DNA from: Halarcobacter sp.
GTDB lineage: Bacteria > Campylobacterota > Campylobacteria > Campylobacterales > Arcobacteraceae
Assembly: GCA_963676565.1 (NCBI GenBank)
Contig: OY781089.1
Span: 1,536,001 to 1,600,000, forward strand
DNA length: 64,000 nt
Direction of reading: 5' to 3'
A program made the position numbers and the translations under genes. Under the pieces are notes generated by a model, which saw only the letters and a program-made list of their open reading frames with translations, searched no databases and was not told the origin of the DNA. This document shows positions 50,972-62,420 of the stretch, piece after piece. Position 1 is the first letter of the stretch, and each line of letters opens with the position of its first letter.

Positions 50972-51871
50972 TTATAAGAATTGCTTTGCAGCTGCATAAA
51001 GTGCTTGGATATCAGTCTTTCCAATAAATCCATCAACACCAATTTGATTCATCTTATTTCTTACCGCATCAGTTGTCATAGATGAATTAACTACAACAGG
51101 AATATGTGCATATTTATTACTTGATTTAATAAATGATGCAACTTGGAAACCATCAGTTTCTGGCATCTCTATATCTGTAATAACTAAGGCAATATTATCA
51201 CCTCCAACCTCTTCAACTCTTTGAATTAATTGGGCTCCATTTACATACATTTCGAAATTTATATTTGCTTTTTTGAAAAATTTAGTTAATACTTCTCTAG
51301 CAACACCTGAATCTTCTGCTGCTAAAACTAGTTTATCTGTTTTAAAAGGAGTATCAACATATTTATTTAATGTATCTTCTCCATCATCTACCCAACCTAA
51401 GTCTTTAAGTAGTTGTTCTGCATTGAATACTGTACATAGTTCATCTTTATCATGAACTTTTACATAAGTTGTATATGTTATCTTTGCATTTGTTTCTTCT
51501 GAATGTCTTAATTCGTCTGTTGTTTTTTCAACGATATCTAACATGTCTTTGATTAAAAAACCTACTTTTTTATGGTTGAATTCGCAATAAATAATTAGTT
51601 TATACTCTTTTGTATCTAAATGTGGTAATCCAAGCCATGCATCTAAATTAATAAGTGTTACAGGTTCTCCTCTAATAGTTGCAATTCCTGCGATTACAGC
51701 TGTATCCTTTGGAGTATCGTTAATAGTACACTCTTCTGTGATAATAAAAGCTTTTACTTTTGCAATGTTAATTGCATAAATATTGTTGTGTCCAGTGTAA
51801 AAAACAGCTAATTGCTGTACATTTCTCAAGTGACCTTGAGTCATTTGCTCAACACTATTAATACCGTTCAT
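50972..51871 (-). CDS. cheV: Chemotaxis protein CheV
   Basis: CheW domain (YAINIAKV, IRGEP) plus receiver (AEDS, TDIEMP.TDG, NSS). Confidence 0.92.
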   Translation of the reverse strand: MNGINSVEQMTQGHLRNVQQLAVFYTGHNNIYAINIAKVKAFIITEECTINDTPKDTAVIAGIATIRGEPVTLINLDAWLGLPHLDTKEYKLIIYCEFNHKKVGFLIKDMLDIVEKTTDELRHSEETNAKITYTTYVKVHDKDELCTVFNAEQLLKDLGWVDDGEDTLNKYVDTPFKTDKLVLAAEDSGVAREVLTKFFKKANINFEMYVNGAQLIQRVEEVGGDNIALVITDIEMPETDGFQVASFIKSSNKYAHIPVVVNSSMTTDAVRNKMNQIGVDGFIGKTDIQALYAAAKQFL

Positions 51872-51941
51872 GAAGACCCTTTTTTTGGTTTTGTATAAAT
51901 TATAATGCTTTTTTTCTTATACTTAACTTTAAAAAATTATT

Positions 51942-52592
51942 TTATTTGTTTTTGTTAATAATCTTTCTTATTGTAACAGATGCCATCATAAAACCAAAAG
52001 AACCAGTTACTGCTTCAAAACTTCCTTTTTCTAGGCAGTTAGGGTCTTCACTTGAAAAGACAACCTTGAACTTTCTTTTAAAACCTTGTTTTTTTAATTC
52101 ATATCTTATTTTTTTAATAAAAGGATCATTGTATGTATCCCAAATAGATTTATATTCAATTTTACTTGGATCTATTCTTTTTGCACTACCACTTGTACTA
52201 ATAACTTTTGTGTAAAACTTCTTAATTAAATGTACCTTTGGTTTTACATCATCAATGGCATCTAAGATATAATCATATTGTGAAAAATCAAAATCATCAA
52301 TCCATTCTGGAGTGATTTTTGCATGTATTGCTGTAATTTTTGGGTATTTTTCTTTTAGTGATTCAACTTTAATTCTTCCAATATTTCCATGACTTCCAAG
52401 TTGTCTATTCATATTTGATTCTTCATATGTGTCAAAATCAACAATTGTAATATCAGTAACTCCTGTATTGTATAGTGAATCTAAAGCAAAGCTTCCAACT
52501 CCACCTACACCTAATAAAATCAATTTTGTATTTTGAAATTTTTTGAAATTTTCTTCCCCAAATAGTTTGAGGGTTCTATCATATTGCTGCAT
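51942..52592 (-). CDS. tcdA: tRNA threonylcarbamoyladenosine dehydratase (ThiF family)
   Basis: GVGGVGS, DFD...SNMNRQ, DAID, DP.K, VFSSE. Confidence 0.85.
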   Translation of the reverse strand: MQQYDRTLKLFGEENFKKFQNTKLILLGVGGVGSFALDSLYNTGVTDITIVDFDTYEESNMNRQLGSHGNIGRIKVESLKEKYPKITAIHAKITPEWIDDFDFSQYDYILDAIDDVKPKVHLIKKFYTKVISTSGSAKRIDPSKIEYKSIWDTYNDPFIKKIRYELKKQGFKRKFKVVFSSEDPNCLEKGSFEAVTGSFGFMMASVTIRKIINKNK

Positions 52593-52684
52593 ATCTACTC
52601 TTTTATAATTTTTATTATGTTATTTATTAAAATTTCGGTATTATACCCAATTAATCGAAATAAATTATTATATAGGAGGCGTTC

Positions 52685-53170
52685 ATGGATAAAGAACCAA
52701 TGACGCGAGTTGGATATGAAAAAATTACTTCAGAATTAGAGTTTTTAAAAAATACTGAAAGACCTGAAACTGTAATTGCTTTAGATGAAGCAAGACAATT
52801 GGGAGATTTAAAAGAGAACGCTGAATACCATGCCGCAAAAGATAAACTTGCATTAATTGATGCACAAATTGCAGAACTTGGAGCAATTATAAGTAAAGCT
52901 GTAATTATTGACCCAGAAAGTTTACCCCATGATAGAGTAAGTTTTGGTTCAACGGTTGAGCTTGTAGATGTTGATACAGATGAAGAGTTTAAATATGCAA
53001 TTGTTGGAGGCGTTGAATCAAATGCTGATAATGGTTTAATCTCATTTAATTCGCCACTAGCAAAACAACTTTTAGGAAAACAAGAAGGTGATGAAGTTGA
53101 GGCAACTTTACCTGGAGGTAAAAAAACTTATGAAATCTTAAATGTATGTTATAAGGAGCTTAATTTATAA
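52685..53170 (+). CDS. greA: Transcription elongation factor GreA
   Basis: EAR.LGDLKENAEYHAAK, IS.NSPLA. Confidence 0.97.
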   Translation: MDKEPMTRVGYEKITSELEFLKNTERPETVIALDEARQLGDLKENAEYHAAKDKLALIDAQIAELGAIISKAVIIDPESLPHDRVSFGSTVELVDVDTDEEFKYAIVGGVESNADNGLISFNSPLAKQLLGKQEGDEVEATLPGGKKTYEILNVCYKELNL

Positions 53171-54174
53171 TGAATGTAGCTATTATTGGAGCTAGTGGAT
53201 ATACTGGTTTAGAATTAATAAAAATTTTAATAAATCACCCAAAGTTTAATATTACATATATTGCAAATTCAACGGGTGAAGAAAATGTTCAAGATTTACA
53301 CCCTTGTTTAAAAGATGTTATAGATGTTGAAGTTCAAAAAGCAGATGCTAAAGAGGTTGCTAAAGTAGCTGATTTAGCTTTTTTAGCACTTCCTCATAAA
53401 ACTGCAATGTTTTTTGCAAAAGAGTTATTAGATTTAGGTGTAAAAGTTGTAGATTTAAGTGCTGATTATAGACTTGAATTAGAAACATATGAAAAATACT
53501 ATTGTCCCCATGAAGATAAAGAGCATATAAAAGATTCAGTTTATGGATTACCTGAATATTATAGTGAAGATTTAAAAAATGCAAAACTTGTTGCAAATCC
53601 TGGATGTTTTCCAACAGCAGCACTTTTAGCGCTTTTACCTTTTATAGATTATATAGAAGAGGGATCTCAAATATTCATTGATGCAAAAACTGGTATGAGT
53701 GGAGCTGGAAAAGGTTTAAAAGAGGTTACTCATTTTGGACATTTAAATGAAAATTGTCATGCTTATAATCCTTTTAAACATAGACATATGCCAGAGATTG
53801 AAGAGAAAATTCAAAAATTAGCTAATAAAGAGTTTCAAATAAATTTTGTACCCCATTTATTACCAATTACAAGGGGTATGTTGGTATCTGTTTTTGCAAC
53901 ACTTAAAGAAGAAATTGATGTTGAAAAAATCTTAGAAGATAGATATACAGATAGTGAGTTTATTAGACTTAGAAACACACCTGTTGATTTAAAATCAACT
54001 GCAGGGACAAATTTTTGTGATTTATATGTAGCAAGAAATGGTAAAGCTTTATTTGTAAATTCTTCAATTGATAATCTTTTAAGAGGTGCATCTTCTCAAG
54101 CAGTTGTTAATGCAAACTTAATTTGTGGTTTTGAAGAGTACGAGGGAATACCAAAAATAGCATATGTGCCTTAG
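53170..54174 (+). CDS. argC: N-acetyl-gamma-glutamyl-phosphate reductase
   Basis: GASGYTG, DLSADYRL, ANPGCFPT, HRHMPE, IDNLLRGA. Confidence 0.97.
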   Translation: MNVAIIGASGYTGLELIKILINHPKFNITYIANSTGEENVQDLHPCLKDVIDVEVQKADAKEVAKVADLAFLALPHKTAMFFAKELLDLGVKVVDLSADYRLELETYEKYYCPHEDKEHIKDSVYGLPEYYSEDLKNAKLVANPGCFPTAALLALLPFIDYIEEGSQIFIDAKTGMSGAGKGLKEVTHFGHLNENCHAYNPFKHRHMPEIEEKIQKLANKEFQINFVPHLLPITRGMLVSVFATLKEEIDVEKILEDRYTDSEFIRLRNTPVDLKSTAGTNFCDLYVARNGKALFVNSSIDNLLRGASSQAVVNANLICGFEEYEGIPKIAYVP

Positions 54175-54859
54175 TTTAAAAAAAGGGGCTGTATTTGTAG
54201 CCGATGCCCATTTTAGTGAAGTGAATGTGGAGTTTTTATCTTTTTTAGAAAAATTGAAAGAAAAAAAGATAGAGACTTCTCAACTTTTTTTAATGGGTGA
54301 TATGTTTGATTTCATCTCTGGTGAGAGTAGATATTTTGTTAAGATAAATCAAAAGCTTATTGATATTATTAATGAATTGTCACAAGATATTGAGATTATT
54401 TATTTAGAGGGAAACCATGATTATAATCTTCAAAAACTTTTCCCAAATCTAAAGGTTTATAAAAGGGAAGCTCAATCAATATTTGCAAAATATGAACAAA
54501 AAACTATTGCTTTAGCCCATGGGGATATTTATACTCCAAAAGCCTATGACATTTATTGTAAAATAATAAGAAACCATGCTCTTTTAGTCTTTCTAAATCT
54601 TATAGATATAAATTATTGGTTATCAAAAAAGATTTATAATAAACTTACTAAAAAAAGCATTTGTTCAAAGATGAAAGATTTTGATTCTTTTGCTAAAAAA
54701 AGATTGGCAAATTATAGTAGTGATATTGTAATAGAAGGACATTTCCACCAAGGAAAATCCTATGAAGAAAAAAACAAATTTTATATAAATATTCCATCTT
54801 TATGTTGTGACAAGAAATACATAATATTTGATGAAAAATTTATTACAACTCAATTGTAA
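54164..54859 (+). CDS. lpxH: UDP-2,3-diacylglucosamine diphosphatase
   Basis: DAH, GDMFD, EGNHD, HGD, GHFH. Confidence 0.85.
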   Translation: MCLSLKKGAVFVADAHFSEVNVEFLSFLEKLKEKKIETSQLFLMGDMFDFISGESRYFVKINQKLIDIINELSQDIEIIYLEGNHDYNLQKLFPNLKVYKREAQSIFAKYEQKTIALAHGDIYTPKAYDIYCKIIRNHALLVFLNLIDINYWLSKKIYNKLTKKSICSKMKDFDSFAKKRLANYSSDIVIEGHFHQGKSYEEKNKFYINIPSLCCDKKYIIFDEKFITTQL

Positions 54860-54907
54860 CTTTGTTATTATAAAATCCACAAATTTTAAAGAATATTGGA
54901 GATAGAT

Positions 54908-55804
54908 ATGAAAATTGATAAATTATATGAACGAGAAATCGAAGATATTTTGAGTTATGAAGATTTTATTGAAAAAATTGGTTCAAAGGCTGACGAAGTT
55001 TTTTTAAAAGAACTTCATAAAAAATATGAATACAGATCTCAAGAGGAAGCTTTAAGAACTTTACAGATAGAACTTATAAAACTACAAGAGCACCTTGAAA
55101 AGAAAAATGAAAAAATGATTATATTAGTTGAAGGTAGAGATGCTTCAGGAAAAGGTGGTGCTATTAGAAGAATCACTAGATATATGAATGAAAAACATTA
55201 TAGGGTAGTTGCTTTAGGTAAACCATCAAGTACACAAATGACACAATGGTATTTTCAAAGATATGTTGAACAATTTCCTAAAGCAGGGGAGATAGTTATC
55301 TTTGATAGGTCTTGGTACAATAGAGCTATGGTTGAACCAGTTTTTGGGTTTTGTACAGAAAATGAATATGAAACTTTTATGAAAACTGTTACAAGATTTG
55401 AAGATGATTTAAGTGAACATGGAATTCACTTTTTAAAAATCTATTTTTCTGTAACAAAAGATGAGCAAGCAAGAAGATTTGAAGAGAGGGAAGAAAACCC
55501 TTTAAAACAGTGGAAACTTAGTGAAATTGACCTTCAAATGCAAGAAAGATGGCTTGAGTTTACAGAAAAAAAATATAGAATGTTAAAAGAAACAAATACT
55601 GAAAAATCTCCTTGGATAATTATTAGAAGTGATGACAAGTTTATCGCTAGATACAATGCTATAAAAACAATTTTAAATAGCGTTGATTATGAAGGAAGAG
55701 ATGAAAGAATAAACTTTCAAGTAGATCCTGAGATTGTTATTAGTGCAGAAAAAGAACTTGAAATAATGGATGAAAACGCAAAAAAACTAAATATAAAATT
55801 GTAG
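54908..55804 (+). CDS. ppk2: Polyphosphate kinase 2
   Basis: EGRDASGKGG, WYFQRY, FDRSWYNRA, WKLS; GGAG SD before ATG 54908. Confidence 0.96.
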   Translation: MKIDKLYEREIEDILSYEDFIEKIGSKADEVFLKELHKKYEYRSQEEALRTLQIELIKLQEHLEKKNEKMIILVEGRDASGKGGAIRRITRYMNEKHYRVVALGKPSSTQMTQWYFQRYVEQFPKAGEIVIFDRSWYNRAMVEPVFGFCTENEYETFMKTVTRFEDDLSEHGIHFLKIYFSVTKDEQARRFEEREENPLKQWKLSEIDLQMQERWLEFTEKKYRMLKETNTEKSPWIIIRSDDKFIARYNAIKTILNSVDYEGRDERINFQVDPEIVISAEKELEIMDENAKKLNIKL

Positions 55805-55824
55805 AAGAACCTCTACAATTTTAT
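55793..55824 (+). terminator. Hairpin overlapping the ppk2 stop
   Basis: ATAAAATTGTAGA-N6-TCTACAATTTTAT. Confidence 0.7.
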
Positions 55825-55911
55825 TAACTTTCACAAGATTATAATTTTTTTATTTCTTAGTAAACTTATATAATATATAATACCAAACTATTGAATTTAA
55901 GGTTGTCTTAT

Positions 55912-58900
55912 ATGTTAAGAATGTTACTAATATTCTTCCTTTTCGCTATTTCATCATTCTCAAATGAATTATTCACAAAAGAAGAAAAAAGTTGGATTAA
56001 AAATAACCCAAATATTAAAATTGCAATGATAAATAATTTTCAACCCTTTAGCTATGTTGAAAATGGTAATCATAAAGGTTTTAGTGTTGAGTTATTAAAT
56101 AAAATTTCAGAAATAAGTGGTTTGACTTTTGAAGTTAAAAATGCAAGGTGGTCTAAAACACTTGACTCTTTTAAAAAGCAAGAAGTTGATATGATATCAG
56201 ATATCTCTTTTACTAAAAATAGAGAGAGCTTTTCCCTTTTTACCAATCCTTATTACAAAATCCCAACTTATATTTTTGGTCTTAAAAATGATAAAAATTA
56301 TACAGATAATTCAAGTTTAAAGGGCAAAAAAGTTGGTGTTACAAAAAATATATTCTATAAAGATGAATTGACAAAACTTGGAATCAACATTGTAGAATTT
56401 CCTACTAGTGAAGATAAGGCAAAGGCTTTGGTAACAGGTCAAATAGATTATTTTTTATCTTCATATTCAACAGGAACGAAAGCAATAAAATCACAATCTT
56501 TAGTTGATGTTAACGCAATCGATGAGTATATAGATATTAAAAAAGAGGATTTAAGATTTGCAGTAAATAAAAATAAACCTCTATTAAGATCAATTTTAAA
56601 TAAGTCATTAAAACAAGTAGAAAATAAATACTTCTCTCATTTGGCAAATAAATGGATTCTTGGAAATGAAAATATTGATAATATTGTTAAGCTTTTTTCA
56701 ATGGAGGAGCGAAATTTTATTAATAATACAAAAAATAAGCCTATTAAAATAGGTTCTATTGATACTTATATTCCTTTTAGTTTCACTTATAATGGTGAAA
56801 AAATAGGCTTCACCCAAGAGTTAATAGAACTAATTGCCAAAAAAAGTGGTTTAAATTTTGAAAAAGTAGGTGGAACTTGGCCACAAGTTTATGGAAAATT
56901 TGAAAAAAAAGAGATTGATATAATTTCAGAATTATCATATAGAGAAGAGAGATTACCTTTTACTCTTTATACCAAACCTTATTATGAAATTCCAATTGGT
57001 GTATTTGCAAAAGAAGATTTTGGTACTTATAGTGGATTAAAATCTTTAAAGGGTAAAAAAGTAGGAATAGTTAAAGGCTCATATTTAATTGGTGCTTTAA
57101 AAGACGAAAAAGATTTTGAAATAGTTCAATTTGATACAAACAATGATAAGTTTTATGGTTTAAGGGATGGTGTTGTTGATGTTGTTTTAAGTAGAACAAT
57201 GAGTATTTACAGACTTGAAGAACTTATGATAAAAGGGATTAAAACTGTAGGAATATTTTCAAATGATAAGATTAAAAATGAAGATTTAAGATTTGGTATT
57301 AGAGTTGAACAAAAAATCTTAGCTTCTATTATGAAAAAGACTTTAAACTCTATCCCTTTTTCAAAGATTAGCCAATTAAAACAAAAATGGATTTTAGAAA
57401 ACTATGGAAAAAAACAAGAAATAGATTCACAAAATACTTTAGTTTTTACAAAAGATGAAAAAGAGTTCATAAAAAAACATCCTGAAATAACTTATAGTGA
57501 AGTAAACTGGAAACCTTTATCAATAATTGAAAACAATAATATGAATGGAATTATGGGAGATTATCTTGAATTGGTTTCAAAAAAAACAGGAATAAAATTT
57601 AAATATATTCAAGCTTCTTCATGGCCAGAAGTATTAAATATGTTTAAAAATAAAAAAATAGATTTAGTCCCTGGAATAGGAACCAGTCCCCAAGAGATAA
57701 AATTAGGTTTAGTTAGTAATACTTATAGTAAATATCCTATGGCAATTGTTACAGGGGATAATATTAAATATATTCAGAATTTAAATGAGTTAGATTCAAA
57801 AACAATTGCAGTTCCAAAATACTATACAAGTTATAACTATTTAGTAAAAAAACATCCAAATATAAAAATCCTTGAAACTTTAAATATTCCAGAAGCTTTA
57901 TTAAAAGTTGAGGCAAAGGAAGCGGATGCTTTTATAGGTCATATTGCAACTTCTTTGTATTATCTTAGTGAGCTTCATTTAAAAAACTTAAAAATAAGTG
58001 GAGTTGCTGATTTTAACTTTGAGCATAAATATCTTATTCAAAATGAGTATCCTTTATTATTATCAATAATTAATAAAACTTTTGATGCTATAACTCAAGA
58101 GGAGAAGAAAACAATTCATTCAAAATGGATTCAACCTCAAATTATAAAAGAGAATACAAATTATGAGCTTATTTATAGGATCATAGGTATATTTACCCTA
58201 ATTTTGATTGTTGTTTTATATTTTTTAAGTATTTTGAAAAAACAAAAAAAAGAGTTTGAAACTATATTTGAAACTTCAAAAGATGGTATAGCAATAATAG
58301 ATTTAAAAACAAACTTCTTGAAATATAATGATGCTTATTTAAAAATGTTAAATTATTCTTATGATGAACTAAAAACTAAATCACTAGATAAACTAATTAT
58401 TATAGAGCAAAAAGAGTTATTGAAAAATATGTTAAAAAATGTATTAAAAGATGGATATGTTAAAAACCTTGAAACAGTGTGTATTGATAAAGATGAAAAT
58501 AGGGTTAATGTTAATATTACTGCTTCTTTACTTCCAGATAAAAGAAGGGTTCTTATTGTTACAAAAGACGTAACATCATTAAAACTACTTGAAAATCATA
58601 TGAAATTAGCTTCAATGGGTGAGATGATAGGAAATATTGCCCACCAGTGGAGACAACCTTTAAGTGTAATTACAAGTAGTGCTTCAGGCCTTAGAATAAA
58701 ATCTGAGTATGATGAGAAAATATCTTTAGATGATGTAAAAAGTTTTTCAGACACAATTTTAAATCAAGCTAATTATTTATCTGAAACTATAGATGACTTT
58801 AAAAACTTTATTAAAGGTACAAATGAGTTTAGGCAGATAGATATTTTAAGTGTTGTTAAAAAATCACTAAGTTTAACCAAACCTTCTATCTCAGATAACT

Positions 58901-59313
58901 TTATTAAAATAGTTACAAATATAGATGATAATTTGAGTATAAATGGTAACAAGAGTGAATTAGAACAAGTATTAATTAATATTATGAATAATGCAAAAGA
59001 TGCTTTAATTCAAAATATCGATGAGGGTAATAGATTAATTTATATATCCACAAAAAAGATAAATGAAAACTCTTTGGAATTAAAAATTTGTGATAATGGT
59101 GGAGGAATATCTAAAGATATCATTCAAAGGATTTTTGAGCCATATTTTACTACAAAACATAAATCAATTGGTACGGGTCTTGGTTTATCAATTGTTGATA
59201 AGATTATTAGAGAAAGACATGAGCAGACAATAAAAGTTCATAATGAAAGTTTTAAACATGAAGGTAAAGATTATATGGGTGCTTGTTTTTCTATAATTTT
59301 TACAAACAAATAA
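55912..59313 (+). CDS. Histidine kinase with three periplasmic SBP-family-3 domains and PAS
   Basis: Three (F/L)T.EE..(W/F)I...P(F/L)S repeats, TM, PAS, IAHQWRQPL, DNGGG, GTGLGL; start approximate. Confidence 0.92.
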   Translation: MLRMLLIFFLFAISSFSNELFTKEEKSWIKNNPNIKIAMINNFQPFSYVENGNHKGFSVELLNKISEISGLTFEVKNARWSKTLDSFKKQEVDMISDISFTKNRESFSLFTNPYYKIPTYIFGLKNDKNYTDNSSLKGKKVGVTKNIFYKDELTKLGINIVEFPTSEDKAKALVTGQIDYFLSSYSTGTKAIKSQSLVDVNAIDEYIDIKKEDLRFAVNKNKPLLRSILNKSLKQVENKYFSHLANKWILGNENIDNIVKLFSMEERNFINNTKNKPIKIGSIDTYIPFSFTYNGEKIGFTQELIELIAKKSGLNFEKVGGTWPQVYGKFEKKEIDIISELSYREERLPFTLYTKPYYEIPIGVFAKEDFGTYSGLKSLKGKKVGIVKGSYLIGALKDEKDFEIVQFDTNNDKFYGLRDGVVDVVLSRTMSIYRLEELMIKGIKTVGIFSNDKIKNEDLRFGIRVEQKILASIMKKTLNSIPFSKISQLKQKWILENYGKKQEIDSQNTLVFTKDEKEFIKKHPEITYSEVNWKPLSIIENNNMNGIMGDYLELVSKKTGIKFKYIQASSWPEVLNMFKNKKIDLVPGIGTSPQEIKLGLVSNTYSKYPMAIVTGDNIKYIQNLNELDSKTIAVPKYYTSYNYLVKKHPNIKILETLNIPEALLKVEAKEADAFIGHIATSLYYLSELHLKNLKISGVADFNFEHKYLIQNEYPLLLSIINKTFDAITQEEKKTIHSKWIQPQIIKENTNYELIYRIIGIFTLILIVVLYFLSILKKQKKEFETIFETSKDGIAIIDLKTNFLKYNDAYLKMLNYSYDELKTKSLDKLIIIEQKELLKNMLKNVLKDGYVKNLETVCIDKDENRVNVNITASLLPDKRRVLIVTKDVTSLKLLENHMKLASMGEMIGNIAHQWRQPLSVITSSASGLRIKSEYDEKISLDDVKSFSDTILNQANYLSETIDDFKNFIKGTNEFRQIDILSVVKKSLSLTKPSISDNFIKIVTNIDDNLSINGNKSELEQVLINIMNNAKDALIQNIDEGNRLIYISTKKINENSLELKICDNGGGISKDIIQRIFEPYFTTKHKSIGTGLGLSIVDKIIRERHEQTIKVHNESFKHEGKDYMGACFSIIFTNK

Positions 59314-59370
59314 ATACTTATGGCAAAGAATTATAAGAAAAGTTTGAACAACTCATAATTCAATCTTGGA

Positions 59371-59376
59371 TATAAT
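59371..59376 (+). promoter_or_regulatory. -10 box of a probably leaderless uvrB transcript
   Basis: TATAAT 6 nt before ATG; no SD. Confidence 0.75.
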
Positions 59377-59382
59377 CCTGCC

Positions 59383-61356
59383 ATGAGTAAATTTAAAGTA
59401 AAAACCCAATATGAACCAGCTGGTGATCAACCTAATGCAATAAAGCAAATAAGTGATTCAATCTTAAGTGGAAACAAATATACAACCCTTGAAGGTGTAA
59501 CAGGCTCTGGTAAAACATATACCATGGCAAAGGTTATTGAAAAAACCCAAATGCCAACACTTATCATGACACACAATAAAACCTTAGCTGCACAGTTATA
59601 TAGTGAATTTAAATCATTTTTCCCAAATAATCATGTTGAATATTTTATCTCTTATTATGATTATTATCAGCCTGAAGCATATATTCCAAGAACTGATTTA
59701 TTTATTGAAAAAGATTCATCTATAAATGCCGAACTTGAAAGACTAAGACTTAGTGCAACGGCTTCACTGCTTAGTTTTGATGATGTAATAGTAATTGCTT
59801 CAGTATCTGCAAATTATGGTTTAGGTAATCCTGAAGAGTATAAAGCTATGGTTCAAAGAATAGAAGTAGGCTTTGAATATTCTCAAAGAGAGTTTTTACT
59901 AAAACTAGTTGAAATGGGTTATAAAAGAAATGATTCTTTTTTTGATAGAGCAGATTTTAGGGTAAACGGCGATGTTATTGATATCTTCCCTGCTTATTAT
60001 GAAGATGAATATATAAGAGTTGAGTTTTTTGGTGATGAGGTTGAGTCTATTACCAAACACGAGTATTTAACAAATGAAAAAACAAAAGAGCTAGAAGAGG
60101 TAATTATCTATTCAGTAAACCCTTTTGTTGTTTCAAATGATAGATTGGCAATTGCAGTTAAAAATATTGAAGAGGAACTTGATGAAAGACTTCAATTTTT
60201 TGAAAAAGAGGATAAAAGAGTAGAGTATCAAAGATTAAAACAAAGGGTTGAATTTGACCTTGAGATGATTGAAGGTACTGGAATGTGTAAAGGTATTGAA
60301 AATTATGCAAGACATTTAACTGGTCAAAAGCCAGGTGAAACTCCATACTCTCTTATGAATTATTTTGAACAAATGGGGAAAGATTTTTTACTTATTGTTG
60401 ATGAATCTCACGTTTCTTTACCTCAATTTAGAGGGATGCATGCAGCAGATAGAAGTAGAAAAGAGGTTTTAGTTGAATATGGATTTAGACTTCCAAGTGC
60501 TTTAGATAACAGACCATTGAAATTTGATGAATTTATAAATAAGGCTCCAAACTTTTTATTTGTTAGTGCGACCCCTGCAGATTTAGAATTAGAAAAAAGT
60601 GAGGTTGTGGCTCGTCAGATTATTAGACCAACTGGACTTTTAGATCCAGTTATTGAGATAATGGATTCTGAATATCAAGTAGAAAAACTACATGATGAAA
60701 TAAAAAAAGTAATTGAAAAAAATGAGAGAGTATTAGTAACTGTTCTAACAAAAAAAATGGCAGAGGAGTTAAGTTCTTATTATTCAGATTTAGGAATAAA
60801 AGTTAAATATATGCATTCTGATATTGATGCAATTGAAAGAAATCAAATTATTAGGGAATTAAGACAAGGTGAGTTCGATGTTTTAGTTGGGATTAACCTT
60901 TTAAGGGAAGGTCTTGATATTCCTGAAACTTCACTTGTAGCTATTTTAGATGCAGATAAAGAAGGTTTCTTAAGATCTAGAACATCTTTAGTTCAAACTA
61001 TGGGTAGAGCAGCAAGAAATCAAAATGGTAGGGTTATTTTATTTGCAAAAAAAATAACAGATTCTATGCAATATGCGATTGATTTAACAAATGAAAGAAG
61101 AGAGATTCAAGAGGCATATAATAAAGAACATGGGATAACACCAACAACAACAACTAGAGCATTAGATGAAAATCTAAAAATGGAAGAGTATGATGATGTT
61201 GCATGGAAAAGGGAAAAAATGAATAAAATTCCAGCAGCAGAAAGAAAGAAAATATTAATCGAATTAAATAAAGCTATGTCAAAGGCTGCTAAAGACTTGA
61301 ATTTTGAAGAAGCTATTAGATTACGAGACCAGATAGAAAAAATAAAAAAAGCGTAA
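59383..61356 (+). CDS. uvrB: Excinuclease ABC subunit B
   Basis: [44 protein letters not shown]. Confidence 0.99.
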   Translation: MSKFKVKTQYEPAGDQPNAIKQISDSILSGNKYTTLEGVTGSGKTYTMAKVIEKTQMPTLIMTHNKTLAAQLYSEFKSFFPNNHVEYFISYYDYYQPEAYIPRTDLFIEKDSSINAELERLRLSATASLLSFDDVIVIASVSANYGLGNPEEYKAMVQRIEVGFEYSQREFLLKLVEMGYKRNDSFFDRADFRVNGDVIDIFPAYYEDEYIRVEFFGDEVESITKHEYLTNEKTKELEEVIIYSVNPFVVSNDRLAIAVKNIEEELDERLQFFEKEDKRVEYQRLKQRVEFDLEMIEGTGMCKGIENYARHLTGQKPGETPYSLMNYFEQMGKDFLLIVDESHVSLPQFRGMHAADRSRKEVLVEYGFRLPSALDNRPLKFDEFINKAPNFLFVSATPADLELEKSEVVARQIIRPTGLLDPVIEIMDSEYQVEKLHDEIKKVIEKNERVLVTVLTKKMAEELSSYYSDLGIKVKYMHSDIDAIERNQIIRELRQGEFDVLVGINLLREGLDIPETSLVAILDADKEGFLRSRTSLVQTMGRAARNQNGRVILFAKKITDSMQYAIDLTNERREIQEAYNKEHGITPTTTTRALDENLKMEEYDDVAWKREKMNKIPAAERKKILIELNKAMSKAAKDLNFEEAIRLRDQIEKIKKA

Positions 61357-61365
61357 AGGATTAAT

Positions 61366-62019
61366 TTGCCAAGATTAAAAAAAGCTACAAAAGAAGAGAT
61401 TCAAATTATAAAAGAAGCTTTTCAAGAAAACTTTTCAGATGCAGTTACAGAATTAAATTATAGAAATGATTATGAGTTATTAATAGCAATTATACTTTCG
61501 GCTCAATGTACAGATAAAAGGGTAAATATTATTACACCTGCACTTTTTGAGAAATATCCTTCTGTTTTTGAGCTTGCTGATGCCAATCTTGAAGATGTAA
61601 AAGATTTACTTAAATCTTGTTCTTTTTTCAATAACAAATCAAAAAATATAATTAAAATGGCTCAAAGTGTAATAGCTGATTTTGATGGAGAAATACCCCA
61701 TGATCAAAAAAAACTTATAAAACTTGCAGGGGTAGGGAATAAAACTGCAAATGTATTTATGATTGAATTTGAGGGTGCAAACTTGATGGCTGTTGATACT
61801 CATGTATTTAGAGTTTCTCATAGATTAGGACTTTCATATGAAAAAACAGTTGAAAAAACAGAAGCTGAATTGGTGAAAAAATTGAAAGATGATTTACATA
61901 TATTCCACCAAGCTATGGTATTGTTTGGAAGATATACTTGTAAAGCCTTAAGTCCAGAATGTGATAAATGTTTATTCCCACATGTTTGCAAAACTAAAAA
62001 ATCTTTTAAACCTCAATAA
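61366..62019 (+). CDS. nth: Endonuclease III
   Basis: LSAQCTD, L.GVG.KTANV, VDTHV.R, CX6CX2CX5C. Confidence 0.97.
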   Translation: MPRLKKATKEEIQIIKEAFQENFSDAVTELNYRNDYELLIAIILSAQCTDKRVNIITPALFEKYPSVFELADANLEDVKDLLKSCSFFNNKSKNIIKMAQSVIADFDGEIPHDQKKLIKLAGVGNKTANVFMIEFEGANLMAVDTHVFRVSHRLGLSYEKTVEKTEAELVKKLKDDLHIFHQAMVLFGRYTCKALSPECDKCLFPHVCKTKKSFKPQ

Positions 62020-62091
62020 TATTTAAAATATAAGCAACTTTTATGAGTTCATAAATTATGATATAATGAAGAATTGATTGAAGGAGTTGTT

Positions 62092-62376
62092 ATGGGTAAA
62101 GAAGTTATAAAAGTCAAGACCGTAACCTTGGCACAACACTTTAGAGAGGATAAAGTCAATATATCACATATTGAGAAACCTTATGGTGACCACAGTAGTC
62201 CTGTAGTTAGAATAGACAGAGTTGAGAGTGGAAAAACTACTGGGTTAATTGAAATTCCATACAAAAATATAGAAGAGGTAATTGAAGCATTACACAAAGC
62301 TGAAGAACTTTGTGATTCAATTCCCCATGATGAACCACATGGTGAAATCAATGCAGACATTGGTGGTGGAGCATAA
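62092..62376 (+). CDS. Hypothetical protein
   Basis: AAGGAG SD before ATG 62092; TGATATAAT upstream. Confidence 0.75.
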   Translation: MGKEVIKVKTVTLAQHFREDKVNISHIEKPYGDHSSPVVRIDRVESGKTTGLIEIPYKNIEEVIEALHKAEELCDSIPHDEPHGEINADIGGGA

Positions 62377-62383
62377 AGCTTTT

Positions 62384-62414
62384 GCGAATAGACCTTTTTT
62401 AAGGTTCTATTTGC
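62384..62414. terminator. Hairpin between convergent genes
   Basis: GCGAATAGACCTT-TTTT-AAGGTTCTATTTGC. Confidence 0.7.
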
Positions 62415-62420
62415 TTTGAC

